The notes under the pieces: generated by a model
What the model was told of the DNA's origin: nothing
Database searches by the model: none
Seen by the model: the letters and a program-made list of their open reading frames with translations, nothing else
Part shown: piece after piece, positions 9,952 through 19,274 of the stretch
How the letters are laid out: every line of letters starts with the position of its first letter
Numbering within the stretch: the first letter of the stretch is position 1
Translations under genes and position numbers: made by a program
Source of the DNA: a virus
Reading direction: 5' to 3' (one strand)
IMG/VR virus record: IMGVR_UViG_3300027804_002057
DNA length: 64,000 bases

Positions 9952-10979
9952 AATTCTCTTTTTATTCTTTGTAACCAAACTTCTTTTGAAAAACAAGCTT
10001 CATAATTAGCCTTTGCCATTTCCGAACACTCATTGTAAAATTCAACATCATCCTTTAATCGTATTGCTAATTCTCTTGCACTCTCTAAATCATTTACAGC
10101 TACTGATAATGATGGGTGGCAGAGTAATTGAGTATCTACATCTTGGTTTCCAATACAAGGTATTCCAAAATATGCACAATTCAGAGCAAATGTACCAGCT
10201 GCTACTGTTGGCATTAAGTGAACTCCATATTTAAATGTTGATAAATTTTGCATCCATTCATTCCACATCATTCTTGGTAAATGCTTTATTGTACCACCCA
10301 TATCCTCACCATCTCTCATAGCGTGAGATGTTTGTGCCCATATATCACACTCAAAAATATCAGCTATAATAAAACTTTCAAATCCACCATACCATCTTGC
10401 TAAGTTACCGCCAATGATTACTTTATTCTCTTTTATTGGAGTTATATCTTTAACTAATGTATCAATCATTAATGTACCAATTGGTCTAACATCTTTATCC
10501 CAAAAAAGACCTTTATAGTAAGGCACATCAAATTCATTATGAGTAAAAATAGAATCACAACTTTGAAGAAAATTATAAAAATGAATTTGGTCATTTACTG
10601 AATAATCATTCCACCACCAATGAGGTCCTTCTTGTACATAGTGTACTTTTTTGTTTCCTCTTTCTTTTAACTTTTCAACTATTGGTTGTTGTAATAATTC
10701 AGAAACTGGATTTATTCCATTTACCAAAGAGCTACCTTCGGAACTGAGAAATGTTTTGCCTTTTGGAAATATAATAAACACATGGTCATAATTAACCAAA
10801 TTCTTATCGGAAGCAAATAGGTGAATGTTATAATGGTCAGCATCTAAAGCATGCATCCAAGCAAACTCCGTTCTCATATTTGGATGGGTAGCTGGAATTT
10901 TACCAATAAATCCCATTTCAGTTAGAAAAGCTATCTTAGATTGTATCATATAAAGCGTTTTGTTTTTCTTGTCTTTCAA
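9948..10979 (-). CDS. Putative GT-B glycosyltransferase-like protein
   Basis: C-terminal GTFALNCAYFGIPCIG resembles the GT-B nucleotide-sugar-binding loop; context; start uncertain. Confidence 0.55.
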   Translation of the reverse strand: MKDKKNKTLYMIQSKIAFLTEMGFIGKIPATHPNMRTEFAWMHALDADHYNIHLFASDKNLVNYDHVFIIFPKGKTFLSSEGSSLVNGINPVSELLQQPIVEKLKERGNKKVHYVQEGPHWWWNDYSVNDQIHFYNFLQSCDSIFTHNEFDVPYYKGLFWDKDVRPIGTLMIDTLVKDITPIKENKVIIGGNLARWYGGFESFIIADIFECDIWAQTSHAMRDGEDMGGTIKHLPRMMWNEWMQNLSTFKYGVHLMPTVAAGTFALNCAYFGIPCIGNQDVDTQLLCHPSLSVAVNDLESARELAIRLKDDVEFYNECSEMAKANYEACFSKEVWLQRIKREL

Positions 10980-11565
10980 TTTGCTTGTGATGATATAAAC
11001 AATAAATTTCTTCTTGAGGAAGAACTGAAAGTGTATTGTATCCTACAATTCTTTCATGCACTTTTCCCTGCCATTCAATTTCCGAAGTTCTTCTATAAAG
11101 ACGTGTTTGATAATCGGGAAAGTTTACCCATCCGTTTTCGTTTACCTTCCATCCCCATTTTTGAATATGAGTATCAGTCAATCCATTTACGGTATTAATT
11201 CTAGGAACAAAGAAAAGGTCTACATCTTTATTATATTCTAAAAAAGTATGTATATTTTCAACTAAATATTCAGATGGCATTTCATCCGCATCTATTTGAA
11301 ATATAAAAATTCCGCTTGCATGATTTTTTAAATTATTTTTATATGAAGCAAAATCCTTATTTAGTGCAAAAGGTATAACCTTTATATTATTGTGCAATTG
11401 ATTAATAATTGCCAAATAATCTTTTACCTGAGAACTAACCGAATCGGTATCATATTGTATTAAAATCTCATCTTCAGATTTTATTCTAGGGTGTAGAAAA
11501 TTTATTAAGTTAGTAATTTCAACAAGTTCATTACAAACTGTTATTGCGTATGTAACATTTATCAT
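10936..11565 (-). CDS. GT2-family glycosyltransferase
   Basis: YAITVCNE, IFQIDADE (DxD), PDYQTRLY, WQGKVHERI. Confidence 0.88.
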   Translation of the reverse strand: MINVTYAITVCNELVEITNLINFLHPRIKSEDEILIQYDTDSVSSQVKDYLAIINQLHNNIKVIPFALNKDFASYKNNLKNHASGIFIFQIDADEMPSEYLVENIHTFLEYNKDVDLFFVPRINTVNGLTDTHIQKWGWKVNENGWVNFPDYQTRLYRRTSEIEWQGKVHERIVGYNTLSVLPQEEIYCLYHHKQIERQEKQNALYDTI

Positions 11566-11570
11566 AGGTA

Positions 11571-11602
11571 CAAATATAATACTTTTTTTTTAATTTACCA
11601 AA
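11571..11602 (-). promoter_or_regulatory. Bacteroidota-type primary-sigma promoter (TTTG-N20-TATATTTG)
   Basis: -7 box at 11571-11578, TTTG at 11599-11602, 5 nt before the ATG at 11565. Confidence 0.75.
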
Positions 11603-11657
11603 TATAATTTATGTATATGTATATATAGATATAAATATAAGATTTTAAGTTAAAACA

Positions 11658-11691
11658 ATAAAAAATGGGTAACTTTTTTTAGTTACCCATT
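11658..11691 (-). terminator. Intrinsic terminator downstream of the Gly/Ser/Thr repeat gene
   Basis: AATGGGTAACT/AGTTACCCATT stem followed by a T-run on the minus strand. Confidence 0.75.
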
Positions 11692-11714
11692 AGATTTATT
11701 TTATTTAATTACTA

Positions 11715-14096
11715 TTAGTAAGTTTGAACAGTTACCCAAGTTGAACCATTGTGGAACATTAAATATGCATTACCTGTTGAACCAGATGCGTATAACATAC
11801 CACCTTGCCCAGTTGGTGGATATTGATTAGGAATAAGATGAATTCCAGAATACAAATCAACAGAACCACTAACCGTTAATATTTTTTGAGTTGGTTCAAA
11901 TCTTAAATCAGCTTCAACATATCCACCTGATGTTGCGTTATGATATGTAATAAGCCCATTATCAGTTGTACCATTTAGTACTAGCAATCCGTTTGTACCA
12001 CTAACTCCAGAAGTTCCAGATGTACCACTTGTACCACCACCACCAGTTAATCCAGATGTACCACTACTTCCCGAAGTTCCAGATGACCCGTTTTCACCAG
12101 CCACACCATTACTACCACTTGTACCAGATGTACCATTAGTACCAACGCCGTTTAATCCAGAAGTACCAGAACTACCCGATGAACCATTTGAACCTTCTAA
12201 TCCGCTTGTTCCCGAAGTCCCAGATGAACCTGATGTTCCGGCTCCACCAACAACTCCAGAAGTTCCAGAAGAACCGCTTGTACCGGATGAACCATCATTA
12301 CCAACACCATTAACACCAGAAGTACCACTTGTACCAGAAGTACCACCACCACCAGCAGCTCCGGTATTTTCTACTCTCACACTACCACCACCCAAATCAG
12401 AAATTGAAAAAGCAGAACCACTAAATGCAATAGTTGTTACATTTTGTAAATTAAATGCACCAAATGATGCACCACTATAATTTCTTACAGATAAAGATGC
12501 TCCAAAAGAAGATGTTGGTACTAATCTAGTAATGTTACCAGCACCACCAACCCATGTATATCCACTTGCCAATGATGCGGAGAATGAGCCAGATAATTGA
12601 ACATCGTTTCCTGTACCATATGTATTTGATGTTCCGATTTGAGCAAATATACCACTACCAAATGATGAAGTTGCTACTAATGCAGTCACACCACCAGCAC
12701 CACCAACCCAAGCATATCCACTTGCTAATGAAGCGGTTAATGTACTTGATGCAGAAACACGACCAGTTACTGTCAATAAACTACCATCAAATAATAAGTT
12801 AGTATTTACCGTTGAGTTTGGTACATTAAATGTAACTACTCCATTTAAAGTAAATCCATTTAAAGTTAATGCACCAGCCGTTAAAGAAGATGTTGTAACT
12901 AATCTTGAAACATTACCAGGTCCACCAACCCACATATAACCATTTGCTAAAGATGCGGATAAAGAACCTGTAATTTGTATATCATTTGTTGTTGCGTAGA
13001 ATGAACCAGTTTGTACAAAAATACCACTACCACCACCAGCTCCAAATCCCAATGCGGTAATTTGAGCTGCTCCAGATATAATTGCTGAATTTTTAAGAGA
13101 TGCCGTGTATGCTTCTAATCCATTTATTTCTGCTCTAATAGAACCTGTAAATGTATTTAATGATGCAGTTGTTTGCCATACTCTTGCTAAAGATGCAGTT
13201 GTAATATTAAGAGATGCAGTTGTTTGTTGTAATCTTTGAATCGTTGCATCAGTTGAACCAGTATATGTGTTTAAAGATGCAGTTGTTTGTTGTAATCTTT
13301 GAATTCTTGCATCAGTTGAACCAGTATATGTGTTTAAAGAAGCCGTTGCTTGTTGTAACGTAGCTATTTGAGTTGCAGTTGAACCAGTAAATGCGTTAAG
13401 TAAACTTATATCAGTAACAGAAGTACCAGATGTACCACCACTACCAGCAGTTCCGTTTGTACCAGAAACGCCAGATGTACCGCTTGTACCAGACGTTCCA
13501 GATGAACCACCACTACCAGCAGTAGAATTTGTTCCAGATATTCCAGAAGTACCAGAAGTACCAGATGAACCACCACTACCAGCAGTACCTGTTGTACCAG
13601 ATGTACCCGCTTGCCCAGTTGCTCCAGCTGTATTAATATACCAAGAAGAAATTCCGGTAGTACTACCAACGATAGAAGTTACATTAACAACAAACGAACC
13701 ATTACCACTATTGTAAGATACAACAGTTGCATTTAATACATTATTAGAATCATAAGATATGATTGTTTGTTGGCCAGGTGTCCATTTTAACCCAGTACCT
13801 ATTGTAAAAGTCTTTGAACCTAAAGATACATCATGCGTATCATTTGATGTGGATGCATAACGGTCACCATCTGAACCAGACGTACCCGATGTACCAGATG
13901 TACCACCACTACCAGCAGTACCGGTAGAACCGGTTGCACCTGATGTTCCTGAAGTTCCTGATGTACCAGCCGTACCACCACTACCAGCCGTTCCTGATGT
14001 ACCTGCTAAAATTTGGGCTTGTAAATAATCCAAATTGTCATCCATCTCCTGTGCGCTTAGCGGAGACCCCTTTGATAAACGTTTAACTAATGCCAT
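11715..14096 (-). CDS. Gly-Ser/Thr repeat (proline-free collagen-like G-X-Y) fibre/structural protein
   Basis: Long (GTS/GSS/GTA)n tracts, coiled-coil-like TASLNTYTGS repeats, three SASLA.GY.WVGG repeats, N-terminal KGSPLSAQEMDDN. Confidence 0.75.
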   Translation of the reverse strand: MALVKRLSKGSPLSAQEMDDNLDYLQAQILAGTSGTAGSGGTAGTSGTSGTSGATGSTGTAGSGGTSGTSGTSGSDGDRYASTSNDTHDVSLGSKTFTIGTGLKWTPGQQTIISYDSNNVLNATVVSYNSGNGSFVVNVTSIVGSTTGISSWYINTAGATGQAGTSGTTGTAGSGGSSGTSGTSGISGTNSTAGSGGSSGTSGTSGTSGVSGTNGTAGSGGTSGTSVTDISLLNAFTGSTATQIATLQQATASLNTYTGSTDARIQRLQQTTASLNTYTGSTDATIQRLQQTTASLNITTASLARVWQTTASLNTFTGSIRAEINGLEAYTASLKNSAIISGAAQITALGFGAGGGSGIFVQTGSFYATTNDIQITGSLSASLANGYMWVGGPGNVSRLVTTSSLTAGALTLNGFTLNGVVTFNVPNSTVNTNLLFDGSLLTVTGRVSASSTLTASLASGYAWVGGAGGVTALVATSSFGSGIFAQIGTSNTYGTGNDVQLSGSFSASLASGYTWVGGAGNITRLVPTSSFGASLSVRNYSGASFGAFNLQNVTTIAFSGSAFSISDLGGGSVRVENTGAAGGGGTSGTSGTSGVNGVGNDGSSGTSGSSGTSGVVGGAGTSGSSGTSGTSGLEGSNGSSGSSGTSGLNGVGTNGTSGTSGSNGVAGENGSSGTSGSSGTSGLTGGGGTSGTSGTSGVSGTNGLLVLNGTTDNGLITYHNATSGGYVEADLRFEPTQKILTVSGSVDLYSGIHLIPNQYPPTGQGGMLYASGSTGNAYLMFHNGSTWVTVQTY
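13212..13340. repeat. Near-perfect 63-bp tandem duplication inside the repeat gene (encodes LNTYTGSTDA(R/T)IQRLQQTTAS x2)
   Basis: Units start at 13212 and 13275 and differ at about 2 nt. Confidence 0.9.
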
Positions 14097-14170
14097 TTTA
14101 TATTATGTTGCGTATTTTGAGATTTATACACAAGTAAATATAATTAAAAGGTAAAAGAAGAAGATTGTAC

Positions 14171-14641
14171 CTATTTAATATATTGAGTTAATACTTCTTT
14201 TTTGAACTTTACCAATTCAATGTTTTTTATGTTTTTGGTAATATAAGTTCTGTAAGTAGGTATATTTTGATTATATATCCTACTTTGGGCCACAAATTGA
14301 TTGAATATTTTACGTCCATCTTTGTTATCAAGAATTAAAATATCTTCCAATCTTTCGGATTCAGTTATTAAATTTTCAGTAATAGCGGGTTTATAAAGTT
14401 TTTTTAACCACCTAAAAAACTCCTTTGGCTTAACTAAACTAATTTTTAAAGCAGATATAACTTTTGTTGGAGATATTCCTATAACAAAAATGTAAGATGT
14501 TTCCACACCTGCTAAACTCTTTGTTTTACCATCTTTGTAAGTATAACTATTAATTTTGTATATGTTTCTAGGTCTTATCAAATTTTTAGAAACACTTTCT
14601 TCATACTCAATTAATGGTATATACTCTTTTGAAAATGGCAT
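14171..14641 (-). CDS. Hypothetical protein
   Basis: 156-aa ORF, tightly packed. Confidence 0.7.
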   Translation of the reverse strand: MPFSKEYIPLIEYEESVSKNLIRPRNIYKINSYTYKDGKTKSLAGVETSYIFVIGISPTKVISALKISLVKPKEFFRWLKKLYKPAITENLITESERLEDILILDNKDGRKIFNQFVAQSRIYNQNIPTYRTYITKNIKNIELVKFKKEVLTQYIK

Positions 14642-14642
14642 T

Positions 14643-15935
14643 TTATAGTTTATTTAATTTTGGTATTTGAATCTTAGCTTTGTTAAGCTGCGGAACATTA
14701 AATGGAACAACTTTAGGAGTTGCTTTTACATAAGTATCCATAATTTCAGTAAATCTATCATGCATTTTTTCTAATGTAAAATTTTTCAAAGTATTTTCTT
14801 TTAATCCCTGTGATTTAGAAAGGTAAGTATCATACTTTTTATAAACATCATACATTTTATTAGCTGCAGAACTATAATTTACAGTAAACCATTGTGCTTC
14901 TTTCATAATGAATTGGTCAGCTGCGGATTCATCTACTGCTGTCAAACTACCTTCCAATAAAACTGCATGTTCTGCTGGTAGAAAATCTATTTGCCCACTC
15001 CATCCACTTGCTATAAGTGGTTTACCTGTCAAAGTAAACTCAGCCATTGGTCTACCATATCCCTCACCTTTAGCAAATGAAATCATTGCTTTAACTTTTG
15101 GATGATGGTATAAATTACTCATATCACTTTCTTCCATATCACCATGTATCAAATATACAGATGGAGATTTATCACCAAATGATTTTAATACTTCATCAAT
15201 CTTTCTACGAGTTTCCTCTCTATCAATTACACTAAATCCAGCATGAGATGTTTTTAATAAAAGAGCAGGTTGTTTATCTTTTGGTAGGTATTGAAACACT
15301 GTTGCAAATGTTTTAATTACCATTCCAATATCTTTTCTATCTTGTCCCAATGAACCTTTCAACCAATGTCCAACAGTTAGGAAACAAAAATCTTCTTTTA
15401 CGTTTTCCAAAACATCTTTACCATTTCCATTAGAAAATATTTCAGTATCAACACCTTCAAATAGAACTTCGATTGGTCTTTGTATTTTAAACTCACCTAC
15501 AATCTGCCCAGTTGTTTGGTCCTTTTGTTGATATACAGTTCCGCCTAAATTTTGTTTTGTAAAATTAGATGGTACTAAAATCAAATCCATTTTGTTAGAA
15601 CCATCAATAAAATCTTTAGGTGCAATTGTAGTTTCAACTCCAGCAGTAATACCAATGTTATAATTTCCTTTTGGTTCGAATTCATTTGCTACTGAAATTT
15701 GCATGAATACGTCAGGCTTTTCTCCAATCTCTCCAATAACTCTTTCTAACATCCAACGGCCAAATTCATCTTGGTCACTAACTTGGTTTTGTGGTGTGTT
15801 ACCCCAACGAAGTGGAATAATTTTTATATCGTACTTATCCATTTTACGAAGTGATTTCATCAAATCTCTACAATGGTCACCATAACCACTTCTAGTAAAA
15901 ATAGGTCCTTGAAATACTAATGTTGGTTTGCTCAT
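14643..15935 (-). CDS. GT4-like (GT-B) glycosyltransferase
   Basis: TRSGYG, DRKDIG, KGEGYGRPMAE, GKPLIASGWSG. Confidence 0.88.
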   Translation of the reverse strand: MSKPTLVFQGPIFTRSGYGDHCRDLMKSLRKMDKYDIKIIPLRWGNTPQNQVSDQDEFGRWMLERVIGEIGEKPDVFMQISVANEFEPKGNYNIGITAGVETTIAPKDFIDGSNKMDLILVPSNFTKQNLGGTVYQQKDQTTGQIVGEFKIQRPIEVLFEGVDTEIFSNGNGKDVLENVKEDFCFLTVGHWLKGSLGQDRKDIGMVIKTFATVFQYLPKDKQPALLLKTSHAGFSVIDREETRRKIDEVLKSFGDKSPSVYLIHGDMEESDMSNLYHHPKVKAMISFAKGEGYGRPMAEFTLTGKPLIASGWSGQIDFLPAEHAVLLEGSLTAVDESAADQFIMKEAQWFTVNYSSAANKMYDVYKKYDTYLSKSQGLKENTLKNFTLEKMHDRFTEIMDTYVKATPKVVPFNVPQLNKAKIQIPKLNKL

Positions 15936-15945
15936 ATACTATAAC

Positions 15946-17328
15946 TTATTTAACTTTAAATACCTCAAATCTTTGGCGAGGTTTCCAATTTTCAAATGTA
16001 GATTCAATTCCATCCACTAATGTTTGACACATATTTGTATGTGATAAACCAGCTTCATTAATAAAGAATTCTCTACCAATTAAAGCATTTGCTTTTCTTT
16101 CTTCTTTAGGTGTGTTGTACATTTTTTCGATTGCATCCGCAACATCATGTAAATCAACTCTATCATCCCAAATATAAGGAGTTGGAACTGAACCTGCTAA
16201 TGCCAATGCTCTACTCCAAACAGGAATAGCCCAAGAACCAGGTTTTGCTTTTTCTTCCCACTTTCTCCACTCATGCAGAGAACCAATTTTTATATAATCA
16301 TCCGCAACTAATACATTACCCTCAACTTTAAATCCACATTGGTCTTGCAATCCGCCTGTTACGTTTACGATGATTGGAGTTCCTGCCATTACCGATTCTG
16401 CAGTTGCTAATCCAAATCCTTCGTTGTTAGCGATGTTAATTGTTGCATCTACCATATTGTAGATAAGATTTAACTCTTGTTGAGGTCTTCTCTTTTCAGA
16501 AAATTTAATATTAACATCAGGTGCAATTGCTTCAATAACTGCCGGTAAATCCGTACCATTATCATCCACAGGTTGAGTGTGCATTAATAACAAACACTTA
16601 TCTGCTTTTTCTTTACCAATTCTATCACAAAATAATTTATATGCATAGATTACATCAGATGGTTGCTTTCTTCTAATATTGCGATTTGACCAATAAAGAA
16701 TGAAATCATATTTTTTATCACCAACAACATCTTTGTAAAACTCATCAGATACATCAGCTGGTTTGTATATATCAGTATTAATACCATGTGGTACATAACT
16801 TACTTGCCAATCTGCTTTTGGTTTCCAAGTTGGTTTATCAACTCTAGCACCAATTCTTTTAATAATACCATAAGTTTGGCGAGAGATACAACCAATCCAA
16901 TCACAACTTTCATAGAAGTTACGATTATACATTGGGTCTGGCAAATCATCCCAAATTGCGTAGAATAAAAGAGGAACATTTTGTCTGATTTCATGCTCTA
17001 TATCATACAACCATGTCCAATAGCGAGGGTCAGTAAAGTGTAGGATAGCATCAGGTCTTTCTGAATTAATCAGCTGACGTATTAAATCAGCGTTACCATA
17101 TCCATTCCAAGGTAAAATTTTTACATTTGCATCTTGTATTCCATAGTTTTGTCTGATGTCTTCACTAACATCTAAAATCTTTCCAGCTTCTGGATGGTTG
17201 ATTGCAGCTCCTACTTGAAACCAATCGTATTTATGTACTGTCCCTAATACTAATTCTTTGGACATTGTAGCGATACCACTCGCCATTCTTAAATCATCTG
17301 AAAGTAACAATATTTTTTTCTTTGCCAT
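15946..17328 (-). CDS. GT4-like (GT-B) glycosyltransferase
   Basis: VPHGIN, NRNIRRKQ, NEGFGLATAESVMAGTPII...GGL. Confidence 0.9.
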   Translation of the reverse strand: MAKKKILLLSDDLRMASGIATMSKELVLGTVHKYDWFQVGAAINHPEAGKILDVSEDIRQNYGIQDANVKILPWNGYGNADLIRQLINSERPDAILHFTDPRYWTWLYDIEHEIRQNVPLLFYAIWDDLPDPMYNRNFYESCDWIGCISRQTYGIIKRIGARVDKPTWKPKADWQVSYVPHGINTDIYKPADVSDEFYKDVVGDKKYDFILYWSNRNIRRKQPSDVIYAYKLFCDRIGKEKADKCLLLMHTQPVDDNGTDLPAVIEAIAPDVNIKFSEKRRPQQELNLIYNMVDATINIANNEGFGLATAESVMAGTPIIVNVTGGLQDQCGFKVEGNVLVADDYIKIGSLHEWRKWEEKAKPGSWAIPVWSRALALAGSVPTPYIWDDRVDLHDVADAIEKMYNTPKEERKANALIGREFFINEAGLSHTNMCQTLVDGIESTFENWKPRQRFEVFKVK

Positions 17329-17336
17329 AACTAATT

Positions 17337-17537
17337 TTAAAATTGTGAACCTGAAATTTGAAGTTTTGCGTATTCATTCATTTCTTTTCTGAAATCCTCA
17401 TCATTAACATATCTTTCGACTGTTCTATTGACTAATTTTTGTAAAGTAACATCCGAATTAAATGATACTTTTTTAAACGATGAATATACATCTTTCAAGA
17501 TTTTCACAGTTGTTAATTTTGTGTTTTCTTGATTCAT
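17337..17537 (-). CDS. Small putative DNA-binding protein (ribbon-helix-helix-like)
   Basis: TTVKI strand followed by two amphipathic helices. Confidence 0.5.
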   Translation of the reverse strand: MNQENTKLTTVKILKDVYSSFKKVSFNSDVTLQKLVNRTVERYVNDEDFRKEMNEYAKLQISGSQF

Positions 17538-17614
17538 TGTAATATCTATTTTATATATTTGTATATATAAGTATATTACAACAAGAAAAAAGAATAAGTT
17601 TTTAAAAACTTTTT

Positions 17615-18484
17615 TTATTTATCAGCCTTACCATCACAGTGTTTTCCTAAAAATTCACACCATTTACAATTCTTTTTGTTTTGACCGGGTACTTTAGGGA
17701 ATTTAATATCTTTGTAAGTACCATCATCATTAAAGACCGTATTGATGAATTCCATAAATTCATCATGTGCTTTTGTAACAGATGGTGCACCATTCGATGG
17801 GGCGTGTTTTGATATATAAGGAACTGGAAATGCCGAATCTTCGGGCAACTTCCTTCTCATAATCTGATATTCAACTCTAATCTTTTGTAAAGGAATGTTA
17901 AATAATTCAGAATAGTATTTTTTATACAAAAGGATTTGTGCGTTTTTAAACTTATCCGCCTTCTGATATTGATTCCAACCCTGTGTTGATGTTTTAAGGT
18001 CAATAATTATAATTGAATTCTCAGCCATATCTCTAAGAACAATATCTATGAATCCAATAAAGTGAACACCTTCTTTAATTTTAGCGTTCAATGGAATCTC
18101 AATACCAACTAATTCAAATCCTGATTTAGAATAGAACTTATTAAGATTCTTTTTTAACCACTCCAATATTCTTCTACCATCACCATAAAATTCTTCTAAT
18201 TCAATTTGGGTACAAGGTGTACCTTCACTAAGAGCTTCTCTTTCTTTCGTAAAGTTTTCTTTCATCCTATCCAATAATAACTTATCCAAATCAATCTCAT
18301 CAGCTTGCTTTTTGGATACACCATACATTACTGAAAGGTAGTGTTGGATAGTTTCATGCATTGAACTACCAAATATAGTGTGAATGTTACCAGAACTTTC
18401 ACCTAATTTATCTATATAATTTAACTTATATTGTTGCGGGCAGCTACTCCACATTGAGTACTGCGAAAATGATACTTTTGCCAT
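17615..18484 (-). CDS. PD-(D/E)XK exonuclease, AddB/Cas4-like with 4-Cys Fe-S ligands
   Basis: SFSQY...SCP, FGSSMHE, E...GFIDIV...IIDLKT, CKWCEF...C. Confidence 0.88.
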   Translation of the reverse strand: MAKVSFSQYSMWSSCPQQYKLNYIDKLGESSGNIHTIFGSSMHETIQHYLSVMYGVSKKQADEIDLDKLLLDRMKENFTKEREALSEGTPCTQIELEEFYGDGRRILEWLKKNLNKFYSKSGFELVGIEIPLNAKIKEGVHFIGFIDIVLRDMAENSIIIIDLKTSTQGWNQYQKADKFKNAQILLYKKYYSELFNIPLQKIRVEYQIMRRKLPEDSAFPVPYISKHAPSNGAPSVTKAHDEFMEFINTVFNDDGTYKDIKFPKVPGQNKKNCKWCEFLGKHCDGKADK

Positions 18485-18519
18485 AATGTAAAGATACGAA
18501 AATTATCCGATATTACCAA

Positions 18520-18969
18520 TTAAATTTTCAACTTTAATTTAGTAATTTGCTTAGGGTCAGTACCATAAGCTTCCGCAATTTCTTTGATATGAGTTTTACC
18601 TGCGGTTGTTTGGTAAAGTATATGAACATAATCTTCAGCCTCTAACTTAGATACTTCATAGTATTTAGCTATTAACTCAATTACCCAACCTTCGTACTTA
18701 TCTGCCGAAGCTGGTTTCATATATTTTAAAAATGCTCTTGTCTTTGGTATTAATCCAATCAACGCAAGATACATTGCTTTTGGTGGAGCCTCCTGAATGT
18801 AAGGTGATATATCTGCTATCAATTCAATCCAATCCGGCTTCATAGAAAGAAAACGGAGTATCATATAGTTACTCCATGTTTTTTTATCACTTTCATCAAG
18901 CTTATCCCAATACTTTGGGTCTTTATCTTGTGTTATTGCGTTAATATGGTCAAATAAAGTTTTAGCCAT
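18520..18969 (-). CDS. Clamp loader small subunit (T4 gp62-like)
   Basis: TLFDHINAI, WSNYMILRFLSM, next to the clamp loader large subunit. Confidence 0.75.
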   Translation of the reverse strand: MAKTLFDHINAITQDKDPKYWDKLDESDKKTWSNYMILRFLSMKPDWIELIADISPYIQEAPPKAMYLALIGLIPKTRAFLKYMKPASADKYEGWVIELIAKYYEVSKLEAEDYVHILYQTTAGKTHIKEIAEAYGTDPKQITKLKLKI

Positions 18970-19273
18970 TTGTATCTAAATCTATTTTTGGTTGAGATGA
19001 CATTTTATCTTTTGCTTCCAATGCTCTTAATTCAAGCGGTTTAAGTGGTTCAAATTCTTCACCACAACTTCCACATATAACTAAATCAAAAGGTATAACC
19101 ATATCCTGTGCTCCACCGAATGATAACTTTGATAATCTTCTTACTTTAACAGTTGGTATGAATTTATCATATCCACATTCACACACCATTGGTACTGATT
19201 GTGATATATCAACTTTTGGATTTGTTCCTCCGGGCATTTGTGGTAATTCACCTTGTCCAATAATGTTTGCCAT
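18962..19273 (-). CDS. Zinc-ribbon hypothetical protein
   Basis: CECG...CGSCG. Confidence 0.65.
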   Translation of the reverse strand: MANIIGQGELPQMPGGTNPKVDISQSVPMVCECGYDKFIPTVKVRRLSKLSFGGAQDMVIPFDLVICGSCGEEFEPLKPLELRALEAKDKMSSQPKIDLDTNG

Positions 19274-19274
19274 A

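Noticed and set aside
1-11565. Bacterial capsule/LPS locus (prophage flank or chimeric join)
   Set aside because: Same strand, packing, composition and promoter motifs as the phage genes; no transport or polymerase membrane genes; interleaved with phage-type hypotheticals.
11990-14010. CRISPR array or DGR template/variable repeats in the repetitive DNA
   Set aside because: The repeats are in-frame coding repeats with codon variation; no repeat-spacer periodicity and no reverse transcriptase.
17615-18484. Cas4 as part of a CRISPR-Cas system
   Set aside because: No array or other cas genes; stand-alone Cas4/AddB-like exonucleases are common in phages.
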